Both the position numbers and the translations under genes were made by a program. Shown one piece after another: positions 37,807 through 46,114 of a stretch of 64,000 nucleotides of DNA; positions within the stretch are counted from its first letter, which is position 1, and the number at the start of each line of letters is the position of its first letter. Under the pieces are notes generated by a model. It saw nothing but the letters and a program-made list of their open reading frames with translations. It did no database searches and had not been told where the DNA came from. Location: the IMG/VR virus record IMGVR_UViG_3300037042_002125, positions 158,079-222,078 of that record. One strand, written 5' to 3'.

Positions 37807-38819
37807 TTCCGTAGTCCTTTAAGTATTTCCAAACCTCTTGTAACTTGGCTCTTACGCAAGCCTGCAGTGGACATAAATTCCCGTATCACCTCTATCTCAT
37901 CAAAGGCAGAAGTGTCCGTTGTCAACTCTGCGTCAAAATCCCACTCACGTGTTATGAGGGTTTCGAGATCCTTCTTATTTCTGAATACGTTATGGCGAAC
38001 CACGTTAGGATAATCTGACAACACCTGGTTTATGTCAAGGTCTAGACCCTCTTTTATGAATAGCTTGTACAGGTTTAATGGTTCATGATCGAGCGCCTGC
38101 AGATCGTTCTTAGTTGTTATTGTCTCGTTGATCAACTTCCATGGCGGCTTAAACTTAACACACTCAACATCAAGCTCTGACAAAGGGGCTCCCTTGGGTA
38201 GCTTAACGTGGTGGAAGAACTTGGGTAGGCTCTCGCCAAAATTTGTTTGGTACAAGGTACCGCTATAGTAGGTATTACGAACACGATGCTTAGTATGCAG
38301 GTGTCCCATCAACGTGCGGTGCTTTGTATCTATACCCTCAGAGATTGACCTGCCGTTATCACGCATAGACCCACTTACCTCAAAGTGACCTACGTTTACC
38401 TTATCCTTGCGAGTGTTGGTGAAGGGGTAGGGCAAGAAATTAAAAGGCGCACCGTCTATATCTATTAGCTCTTGCTTAGTGTGGACAATCAAATTTGAGG
38501 TACGTGCCCAAGCACATGCTGACTCCAATACCTGTAGACTGTGAGTCCCATCTTCAGCAAAGTCATGGTTCCCTAGTATAAAATGCAGGTCTAAGTCCCT
38601 ATACTTCTTTACGGCCAACAAACCAAACAGAGCTATGTGAGACTCATAGCTCAATCTGGGTTTATCACCTACATCACCGTAGAATATGATTGTCCTAACA
38701 CCTGCTTCTAATGCGTAGTTGAACACCTTAGCAACAGAGTTGACTATAAGTTCACTGGCGTTAGGGATTATGTTGTCTAATTTTCCAAGATGTAGGTCCC
38801 CTATACCTATGCACTCCAT
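37803..38819 (-). CDS. sbcD: SbcD/Mre11-like nuclease
   Basis: GDLHLG, GDVGD, GNHD, GHFE, MGHLH, YSGTLYQTNFGE. Confidence 0.92.
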   Translation of the reverse strand: MECIGIGDLHLGKLDNIIPNASELIVNSVAKVFNYALEAGVRTIIFYGDVGDKPRLSYESHIALFGLLAVKKYRDLDLHFILGNHDFAEDGTHSLQVLESACAWARTSNLIVHTKQELIDIDGAPFNFLPYPFTNTRKDKVNVGHFEVSGSMRDNGRSISEGIDTKHRTLMGHLHTKHRVRNTYYSGTLYQTNFGESLPKFFHHVKLPKGAPLSELDVECVKFKPPWKLINETITTKNDLQALDHEPLNLYKLFIKEGLDLDINQVLSDYPNVVRHNVFRNKKDLETLITREWDFDAELTTDTSAFDEIEVIREFMSTAGLRKSQVTRGLEILKGLRK

Positions 38820-38821
38820 TT

Positions 38822-40282
38822 TTACTCTCCGTCCTCGTCATCTTCGTCAGTTCCTTGTGTTGCTTTCCCTTGGGCTGAGAACAAAATCTCAGCCTTGCCG
38901 CTTGCCATCTGTGCAAAGCACATCTTACGCAGGTTCATAGGCTTGGGTATTCCCGCTTTCTTGCATACGCTGGCCATGTCGTCTTTTGACCCAAGTATCC
39001 ACAGCTTGAAGTCATCCCATGACAACGGACGTGTTGACTTGGAATGGTTCCAGAACAGAGTAAGCGCCGTACGGCCTTTGCCTTTGAGCTGCCCACTTGC
39101 TTTGAGGTAGTGCATGGTGTCGTACACTGGATCAACTCCGTGTGCTGTACCATTGCTATCCTTAGTCCACAGGCGGATGAATCCTTCTCGATCAGATTCA
39201 GACAGTTTGTTCTTAACTGCCTTAACGCTAATGTACTTGTAGAGGTCCTTGCCGCCGTCAATAGAACGTTCTACCTCATAACCCTTCTTGACCTTGTCTT
39301 CCTTAGGCCACAGTTTTATAGCACTAAGGGCACGAGGGTAGAACCGCAGACGTGCGTCACTGTTATATCGAAGCGCCTTTCCACAAGGTTCCGCTTCCTT
39401 AGGACCAAACATTGCCATGGGTACGTCGCGCAATTGGTTAACACCAAGCACAGCTACTTTCTTGCTAGCCAGGGAACCCTTAACCCGCGGCAGATTCTTT
39501 GAGAACATGCGTGCCTGTAGTGCCAGCGAGTTATCAGAGTTGTCTTCATCCTTGTAGTCTGGGTTCATGTTAGGGTAGCTATCAACAATTACAACTCCTT
39601 GCAGACCAGAGTCGGGAGCAGGTACGTATATGCCAGCGCCATAACGCTTAGCCATAGTTGCGTCTGCATGTTCCTTCATGTGTGCATTAGACTTATCGTC
39701 ATCATATACTAGCCACCACTTGCCGTTCAACAGCTTCTTATCAGGCAGTCTACGCAAGATGGCTGCAAACCAGTTGAAGAAGGATACCCCTTTGGTGCTT
39801 GAGCTATATCTCACTCGTGGAGGGACCAACCAGTCGCCTGTCTTATCATCCTTCTTGCCGAACAGTTCTTCCTTTGACATCTTAATACCAGACGTCTTGA
39901 GAATGCTTTTGACATACGGCAGAGAGTTGCCTGTGCTACCTTCAAAGTCACGCAGGGAAATGATAGGCACCTCATGTTTGATTGCACTCGCCATTACCAA
40001 CAAGGCTGCCGTTGTCTTTGCACTCTGCTCTGGACCAAAGTTTGTGTACCATGCTGGCCGTATCCCGCCGCCCAAAATGTAATCAAGCACAAGGCTGCCT
40101 GTGGACATTGGCACAACATCATCGAGAGTGTCGGCATCAGATAGCTTCTTGGCCACCTCATCAAGAACCCTTGTGTACCCTGCGTAGGGGTTGAACGCCT
40201 TGTCAACGGCTTTGTCGACCTTGTTAGGTTTGATATCCTTGTTTGGTTTAGAAGGTTTTTTAGGTGTCTTTGTTTTTGCCAT
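38822..40282 (-). CDS. recA: RecA/UvsX-like recombinase
   Basis: STGSLVLDYILGGG, GPEQSAKTT, IVDS, ALQARMFS, NQLR, GKALRYNSDARL, KNK; start MAKTK at 40282. Confidence 0.92.
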   Translation of the reverse strand: MAKTKTPKKPSKPNKDIKPNKVDKAVDKAFNPYAGYTRVLDEVAKKLSDADTLDDVVPMSTGSLVLDYILGGGIRPAWYTNFGPEQSAKTTAALLVMASAIKHEVPIISLRDFEGSTGNSLPYVKSILKTSGIKMSKEELFGKKDDKTGDWLVPPRVRYSSSTKGVSFFNWFAAILRRLPDKKLLNGKWWLVYDDDKSNAHMKEHADATMAKRYGAGIYVPAPDSGLQGVVIVDSYPNMNPDYKDEDNSDNSLALQARMFSKNLPRVKGSLASKKVAVLGVNQLRDVPMAMFGPKEAEPCGKALRYNSDARLRFYPRALSAIKLWPKEDKVKKGYEVERSIDGGKDLYKYISVKAVKNKLSESDREGFIRLWTKDSNGTAHGVDPVYDTMHYLKASGQLKGKGRTALTLFWNHSKSTRPLSWDDFKLWILGSKDDMASVCKKAGIPKPMNLRKMCFAQMASGKAEILFSAQGKATQGTDEDDEDGE

Positions 40283-40292
40283 TATATTGTCT

Positions 40293-41192
40293 TTATACAG
40301 ATTTTGTACGGAAGAACTCATTGAGACGAGATAGGGCTATCAATGCGCCTGACACTTTGGGTTCATCAACACTATATACCTTGCCTTTTACATCTTTGGG
40401 CAAGCATGTACCTGCAACCCCCATGGTATTCTCATGGCACCCTATTTTGTTATAATTTGTTAGTGTGTTCAGCCTAGGATCCAAGTGTATGTAATCTACT
40501 ATGCTTTGTGCTTGTTTAGAACTTATACCATGATGAACAGCTTCGTTATAAACTAAGTTGGCAGCCATCAACTTGATAAATAAAGATAGGTTCTTTCCTG
40601 TTTTGATCAACAAACATTCTTCTGCAGATTTACGATTAAAGACTATTGGTGTAGTTTGTGTCTTACAGTTACGCAATGTCTTCTTAAACGTATCGTCTAT
40701 TGCCTTGTTTGTCCAAGGTCCATATACGATGTCAGTCTGATTGTAGAAATCAGAAGCAGCATTTTTCTCTGTTAAGAACTCTGGGCATACTATAAGATTG
40801 AAAGCCCTGTGGATAAACCTATACCTCAACATCTTGTATTCGTTTACCCCCATAGTGCTGATCAAGATAACAAGACCTTTGTATTTTAGATCGCACAGCA
40901 AGCTGAGTACTTTGTTGATATTTGTCATATCATACCCATAACCTTTTGCAGGCGTATTGACACAAACAAATATAGCTCTAGTATGGTGTACCCAAGGTAC
41001 ACACAGGTCAGGGTGCTTTTTTACATCATACACCCAAGAGTTGACAGAATTTGCAATAAACCCACTTCCGATTGCAGATCCTACTACTCCATAGCCAATA
41101 ATACCATACTGCGGTTTTGAACCTGTCTCAAAAAGAGTTCTCATACTAAGGGCTGTAGCGGTAGCAAAGTTGCAATTAGTTTTGGTCTTCAT
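40293..41192 (-). CDS. UDP-glucose/GDP-mannose dehydrogenase family protein (short, lacks C-terminal domain)
   Basis: GYGVVG, VCVNTP, IST, CPEFL, DPRL, GVAGTCLPKD. Confidence 0.8.
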   Translation of the reverse strand: MKTKTNCNFATATALSMRTLFETGSKPQYGIIGYGVVGSAIGSGFIANSVNSWVYDVKKHPDLCVPWVHHTRAIFVCVNTPAKGYGYDMTNINKVLSLLCDLKYKGLVILISTMGVNEYKMLRYRFIHRAFNLIVCPEFLTEKNAASDFYNQTDIVYGPWTNKAIDDTFKKTLRNCKTQTTPIVFNRKSAEECLLIKTGKNLSLFIKLMAANLVYNEAVHHGISSKQAQSIVDYIHLDPRLNTLTNYNKIGCHENTMGVAGTCLPKDVKGKVYSVDEPKVSGALIALSRLNEFFRTKSV

Positions 41193-41212
41193 ATATTTCC
41201 TTGTTAACTAGT

Positions 41213-41220
41213 TATTTACA
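41213..41220 (-). promoter_or_regulatory. TGTAAATA motif
   Basis: Overlaps the DUF2264 stop, upstream of the dehydrogenase and recA. Confidence 0.5.
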
Positions 41221-42367
41221 AAATGATGCCTTCACCATACGATGAATCAATAGATACACTTTCACCTGACCATACTTTAGCTTGCGTCCACTTTTGATCT
41301 TCTGAGGACCAAAAGGGATGATCGTCCGATACAGCTAAAGGTAAAAGAAAGAAGCCAGTTGCGTATAGACTAGACGTGCTAACATAAGGTTCAGATAAAC
41401 AGAATGTCTCATACTTTGAATTAAACCCGTTTCTAAGCATCCCATTAGTCTCGAACATATTCTGTTCGAGCCTCTTTAATACTGCAGTCATACCACATCG
41501 GGACTTCCCCAAAAATCCTGACTCATTTATATCTTGGACTTTACTACACCAACGAGATAGGTGGTGAAATGCTCCTAATCTATAAGTAGCAGACCTACCA
41601 ATAACGGGATAAGTACCTTCGGGAGATATAAGGCGCTCTAAGATACGAGAGTACCGTTCTGACCTAAACGGTTGGTTTACTAACAACGCCTGCATTCTAG
41701 GGTCATCGGCGGTAACTTCTTTGATCGTATCTAAAGCAGGGTGGGTTACGATGCTATTGTAGTAATCAGTATGCAAATCAGGACCGTCCCCGTAAATCGA
41801 CCCACCTTTATAAGATGCTAACGTATTAAGGACAGCAAAATCCAGCCTCATAGGATCAAATGCACTTGACGCAAGTTTGTAAGAAAGAACCTCTGGCATT
41901 GCTGCCAGTAACAGCCAATTGTTCGTTAAAGGCCTAATTTTCTTTAGGTACTGGTTGTACACGACAAAGTTTTCAACAGCTATTGTAGTTGAGTATTCGA
42001 GCAGTGACTTGTAACCATAAGACATCGTATCTAAAATGGACCAAGTGAGGTATCCGTAGTCTACTATGTTCTGAGAGCACGGTTTACAGGAAATGTTGTT
42101 TTTACCAGAAAACAAGTTGTTAAACGCCTTAACTGATAGGTCAGCTAAGTCTCTCCTGTCTATCTCAACACTTGACATAGACTCTGGCGCAAATAACCAA
42201 CACCCTAGACTGTAAAGAATTCTAGAGTAAGCCTCTAGGTTTTGACACAGTTGACCGCCGTTAAAGTTACCAGTCCAAGGTATGTGTTTGTCGTCTGCTA
42301 ACAGGCTTAGGCAAGGTTTAGCGTATTTAACAGCAAAAGCTTCCCAGTAATTTCTGTCTCTAGACAT
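41216..42367 (-). CDS. DUF2264-family protein
   Basis: LEAYSR, NNWLL, Y.DG..DYYNS, LERLISPEGTYPVIGRSATYR, E.YVSTSSLY, PFWS. Confidence 0.8.
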   Translation of the reverse strand: MSRDRNYWEAFAVKYAKPCLSLLADDKHIPWTGNFNGGQLCQNLEAYSRILYSLGCWLFAPESMSSVEIDRRDLADLSVKAFNNLFSGKNNISCKPCSQNIVDYGYLTWSILDTMSYGYKSLLEYSTTIAVENFVVYNQYLKKIRPLTNNWLLLAAMPEVLSYKLASSAFDPMRLDFAVLNTLASYKGGSIYGDGPDLHTDYYNSIVTHPALDTIKEVTADDPRMQALLVNQPFRSERYSRILERLISPEGTYPVIGRSATYRLGAFHHLSRWCSKVQDINESGFLGKSRCGMTAVLKRLEQNMFETNGMLRNGFNSKYETFCLSEPYVSTSSLYATGFFLLPLAVSDDHPFWSSEDQKWTQAKVWSGESVSIDSSYGEGIIL

Positions 42368-43130
42368 TTAGAGTTACCCTTTGACTGACCACAGCATCAG
42401 TAGCCTTCCAATTATCATTAAGGTAACCTTGTTCAAGTCCAATATGGTGAGCCTCGCACCCCATAGTGTACCCAATCTTGTACCCTAACTCTGTTAATCT
42501 TATCTCTAACGCTATGTCGTACCCTCGAACTCCTTTTTTACTAAAAGTTTCTTCTATAAGTAACCACAAGTTGTCGTCTTCTAATACGTCTCTTCGCATA
42601 GAGTAGAATTGAGATAGCCACTTGTACTGTATTGTCGATAGGCTCTTGATAAAGTGCACTTTTGCTTTATCTTCTGGCATACCTGCATTGAGATATGACG
42701 CATAAGAGAGATATCTGGTTCTGTTGAAGTCAGAGTAACCCCTAACATTAGCAGCGTCAACTACTCCAATAGTATGAACGTCAAGGCCCCCGCTTCTGTT
42801 AAGAAGCGAATACCAAGCGTTATAGTGAGTTATTAGATCATCATCGAGGTTAACAAACCATTTCCAATCTGGATTTATAGTATTCTTAAACTCCCTTTTT
42901 GACCTTGCTACGGACATAGATTCCGGTATTTCATTGATCAGAAAGTGGTTTTCAGTTGCCAGCGCAGCTAGATCTATAGCAAGGCGTACGTTAGCTTCCA
43001 TTTTGCCATAATGCTGTATTATAAACACAGCGTTGCTGACGTTAGCCATTGCGCAAGACAAAGTAGCAAGCAGGGCATGACTACGCCCGGGATAAGTAGT
43101 TGTTAGAAGTACAAAATCAGTATAATTCAT
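42360..43130 (-). CDS. GT-A fold glycosyltransferase (GT2-like)
   Basis: LLTTTYPGR N-terminal strand, FVNLDDD (DxD), HHIG. Confidence 0.6.
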   Translation of the reverse strand: MNYTDFVLLTTTYPGRSHALLATLSCAMANVSNAVFIIQHYGKMEANVRLAIDLAALATENHFLINEIPESMSVARSKREFKNTINPDWKWFVNLDDDLITHYNAWYSLLNRSGGLDVHTIGVVDAANVRGYSDFNRTRYLSYASYLNAGMPEDKAKVHFIKSLSTIQYKWLSQFYSMRRDVLEDDNLWLLIEETFSKKGVRGYDIALEIRLTELGYKIGYTMGCEAHHIGLEQGYLNDNWKATDAVVSQRVTLNV

Positions 43131-43137
43131 TTAGGTT

Positions 43138-43161
43138 AGAAGGGGGACGTGTCCCCCTTCT
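43138..43161. terminator. GC-rich hairpin after ssb
   Basis: AGAAGGGGGAC/GTCCCCCTTCT perfect stem. Confidence 0.6.
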
Positions 43162-43191
43162 CTCTTTAGTTAATCTTCATCATCCTCAGTC

Positions 43192-44628
43192 TTAGTCGTC
43201 TTCATCCTCGTCGTCTTCATCATCCTCGTCATCATCGTCTGACTTCTTGGACTTTTTGCCTTTATTGGCCTGCTTCTTGGCTTTCTTGGCCGGCTTACCT
43301 TTGGCCTTTTTCTTTGGGACGTCGTCTAGATCATCGTCATCATCATCCTCGTCGTCATCATCTTCGTCCTCATCATCATCGTCATCTTTTTTAGATGGCT
43401 TCTTAGAAGGTTTACCCTTAGCTTTAGACGCTTTGGACTTTGGAACGTCCTCGTCTTCGTCATCATCGTCTTCATCATCCTCATCCTCATCGTCATCATC
43501 GTCGTCGGACTTCTTGGATTTCTTTGAGGGTTTGGCCTTGGCCTTCTTGCTCTTGGGTGTATCATCTTCGTCGTCCTCGTCATCTTCGTCCTCGTCATCA
43601 TCTTCGTCATCTTCATCATCGTCATCGTCGGACTTCTTGGATTTCTTCGAGGGCTTAGCCTTTGATTTCTTTGACTTTGGAGTATCCTCGTCTTCATCGT
43701 CTAGGTCATCATCTTCATCGAGGTCGTCTTCTTCGTCCTCATCGTCGTCTTTGGAATGCTTTTTGCCTTTAGCATTTTTATCTGGCTTGCCTTTACCCTT
43801 CTTTGACTTAGGTGTATCTTCATCATCATCATCGTCGTCATCATCCTCGTCGTCACCCTTCTTTTTCTTCTTACCACCGATAGTTGCCATACGCTCAGAC
43901 CAACGCTCAACTTCCTTCTTGGCTTCCTTAGGTGTTTCTGGGGACATCAGTGCAGACAAATCCCACAGCAAGTATTCCTGCTCTTCTTCTGTCAAGGGGC
44001 TATGGTCACCCTTTTGGATAGAGTATGCGTTAGCCGCCAGCTTCGCATCTGGGTCGTACATGATCGAGACATCGCAACCGTACTTGGGATTCGACAGGTC
44101 AAAGCCTTTCTTCTCGCCAGTCTTTTTGTCCTTGTGACGATTAAGAGCGCCAATTTTCTTCAACTCACGAATGAGTGTACTTGTCAGGCGTACGCCACGA
44201 GCAGGCGTCCAGGTCTTGCTACCTTTCGTCTTAATACCAGTCTTGTCTTCGGACTTGCTTGGGGTGCCTTTTTTGCTAGGCTCGTCTTCTTGCACAGACC
44301 TGATGATTGCATTGGTGAAGTATTCCTTCGAGAACCGAATACGCTCATCATCAGCCTCACAGTATGCACATGACTTGGTACTGTCATGATCTTCTGTTTG
44401 GGGATCGAACGACACACATGTCTTAGGAAATTTGATAGTCTTTCCCTCTTTGGATCTTGACTCAATCCAATGCTTCCCATAAGCAAAGATTGGGCCTACG
44501 AAACGTAGCTGCACCCATTCATTAGGCGGGAACTTGAACATGTCCACTATTTCGTCAGGGCGTGGATCCCTGTTGTTTGTGTCTTTGACGTCGCTAAACG
44601 TCTTGTTGGATTTGAAAACTGCTTTCAC
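43192..44628 (-). CDS. gp32-like single-stranded DNA-binding protein with very long Asp/Lys block tail
   Basis: LRFV, HW, KTC...CAYC, NAIIR, G.DV.I, YSI, LWDL pattern, then about 230 aa of D/E and K blocks; GTG start with GGAG RBS. Confidence 0.75.
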   Translation of the reverse strand: MKAVFKSNKTFSDVKDTNNRDPRPDEIVDMFKFPPNEWVQLRFVGPIFAYGKHWIESRSKEGKTIKFPKTCVSFDPQTEDHDSTKSCAYCEADDERIRFSKEYFTNAIIRSVQEDEPSKKGTPSKSEDKTGIKTKGSKTWTPARGVRLTSTLIRELKKIGALNRHKDKKTGEKKGFDLSNPKYGCDVSIMYDPDAKLAANAYSIQKGDHSPLTEEEQEYLLWDLSALMSPETPKEAKKEVERWSERMATIGGKKKKKGDDEDDDDDDDDEDTPKSKKGKGKPDKNAKGKKHSKDDDEDEEDDLDEDDDLDDEDEDTPKSKKSKAKPSKKSKKSDDDDDEDDEDDDEDEDDEDDEDDTPKSKKAKAKPSKKSKKSDDDDDDEDEDDEDDDDEDEDVPKSKASKAKGKPSKKPSKKDDDDDEDEDDDDEDDDDDDLDDVPKKKAKGKPAKKAKKQANKGKKSKKSDDDDEDDEDDEDEDD

Positions 44629-44673
44629 TTTTACTCCAGTTTGTTGTTAATGGAAATACATAACTAACACGTT

Positions 44674-44681
44674 TATTTACA
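44674..44681 (-). promoter_or_regulatory. TGTAAATA motif
   Basis: Overlaps a stop codon, upstream of ssb. Confidence 0.55.
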
Positions 44682-45399
44682 ATGCTATGTCTGCGTCTTT
44701 TAGAGTCTTCTTATTTATGTACTCCTCTAGTGCGTTCATAACCATCAACCTATCTCGTAGGTTCTTCCTCCACTTCTGATAAAGCTTCCTAACGTAATAA
44801 GATTGAATCACCAATGTGCCGTCAATCAATACACCTAGGTCGTAGTAATAGAATTGATTTCCATAGAAGTCTCGCATACGCTGCCTAAGTGTCTCTTCGT
44901 TTGACCACATGAAGTACGTCGCATGTTCATCGCTAAATGTGAACATATAGACTGGCACGCCTTTACTCATGATCACAAATTTGGACTTACTACTCAGTAT
45001 GTCAAACGTAGCAAACATTCTACCTTTGGCATTCTTGCTAATCTTTGCGTACACAAGATCTAAGTAAGGAAGATTCTTATCTTCCTCAGTAGAGGTAGAG
45101 TTTATAGTTAGTAGGTTGTAGATGATCTTGTGTGTCAAGTTGTCTTCTGACTCATCACCTACACGCATACCACCAATGGTGACACCACGACTTGGAGCAC
45201 TTAGCTTGGAGGTTTCTGCGTCAATGCAACCTAAGAAATAATCAAAAGGTTTCTCTTCGTCAGATACCTTCTCACCAAAGTGATTCCCTATCTCAATCTT
45301 GTCCATGTGTACAAAAGGGAACGTTACTGGAGAGACTGTACTAGATGCCTCTCCCCTATAACTGTGCAAAACAACACACCCGTATAAAAGGCCTGTCAT
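44677..45399 (-). CDS. hypothetical protein, possibly a degenerate Ntn/class II amidotransferase fold
   Basis: MTGLLYG..HSYRG start resembles CGI.G..RG; GRMFA, PVY; no N-terminal Cys. Confidence 0.45.
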   Translation of the reverse strand: MTGLLYGCVVLHSYRGEASSTVSPVTFPFVHMDKIEIGNHFGEKVSDEEKPFDYFLGCIDAETSKLSAPSRGVTIGGMRVGDESEDNLTHKIIYNLLTINSTSTEEDKNLPYLDLVYAKISKNAKGRMFATFDILSSKSKFVIMSKGVPVYMFTFSDEHATYFMWSNEETLRQRMRDFYGNQFYYYDLGVLIDGTLVIQSYYVRKLYQKWRKNLRDRLMVMNALEEYINKKTLKDADIAL

Positions 45400-45403
45400 A
45401 GCA

Positions 45404-46114
45404 TCACCTCTTTAACAGAGACTGGCGAGTAAGAATTTTTATAGCCCTCTCTTTTATAGGGGTCCTATCATACGGGAAAAATCCTTGTAACCCAGTTGTT
45501 ATAAGATGCCCACCGTACTCTTTTAGCAAGTTATCTAAACAAGCTGACCAGACGTAGTTGCGAGCGCCAGGAGCATATCTCCACCCATCATTTGCTGCGC
45601 CACTTTTTGCCCAAGATGTTGGGTAGGAAAAGAACCAAACACTTGATTTTATTTTTACATACTCTTGTGTCGTAATGCTAAGAAGCCTAGGCCGAAGTAA
45701 TTCAGTGCTAAAAACTTTCAAGGTTTCAAGAACTGTTTCGATGTACTCCAAGGTTAGCTTCGGCAAAAGTACCATACGGTAGGATAAGTGATCATACGGG
45801 GTACGATCCACTACAAGAACGTCTAAACCTTCAACTGTTGCTAGTGTTACTTCATCTTGAAGGTTTCTACAATAGTCTTCAAGTATTGCTTCTTGCAAGG
45901 TTAGTTTCTGATCATCGGTGAGGTATTGGGCGTCGCTTTCTGTGCCTATGTTTAATCTTGCATACGTTTGTCTTGTAGTGCTCTTAACAATTCCTGCCTT
46001 TAAACCCAAGGTTGTTGCTTGATCTTTTAACTCTTTGGCTACAGAGGTTTTGCCTACACCTCCTGCCCCCGCCAAAAATATGATGTTCAACGTGTGTGTA
46101 TTATTGGTCTTCAT
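45404..46114 (-). CDS. P-loop nucleotide kinase (AAA_28/dNMP kinase-like)
   Basis: GAGGVGKTS, VVDRTPYD, DGWR. Confidence 0.75.
   Translation of the reverse strand: MKTNNTHTLNIIFLAGAGGVGKTSVAKELKDQATTLGLKAGIVKSTTRQTYARLNIGTESDAQYLTDDQKLTLQEAILEDYCRNLQDEVTLATVEGLDVLVVDRTPYDHLSYRMVLLPKLTLEYIETVLETLKVFSTELLRPRLLSITTQEYVKIKSSVWFFSYPTSWAKSGAANDGWRYAPGARNYVWSACLDNLLKEYGGHLITTGLQGFFPYDRTPIKERAIKILTRQSLLKR

Noticed and set aside
43247-44137. 296-aa poly-Ser ORF on the + strand and Met/Thr-rich alternative-frame ORFs
   Set aside because: Shadows of the GAY/GAR-rich ssb tail; no RBS or independent coding signal.
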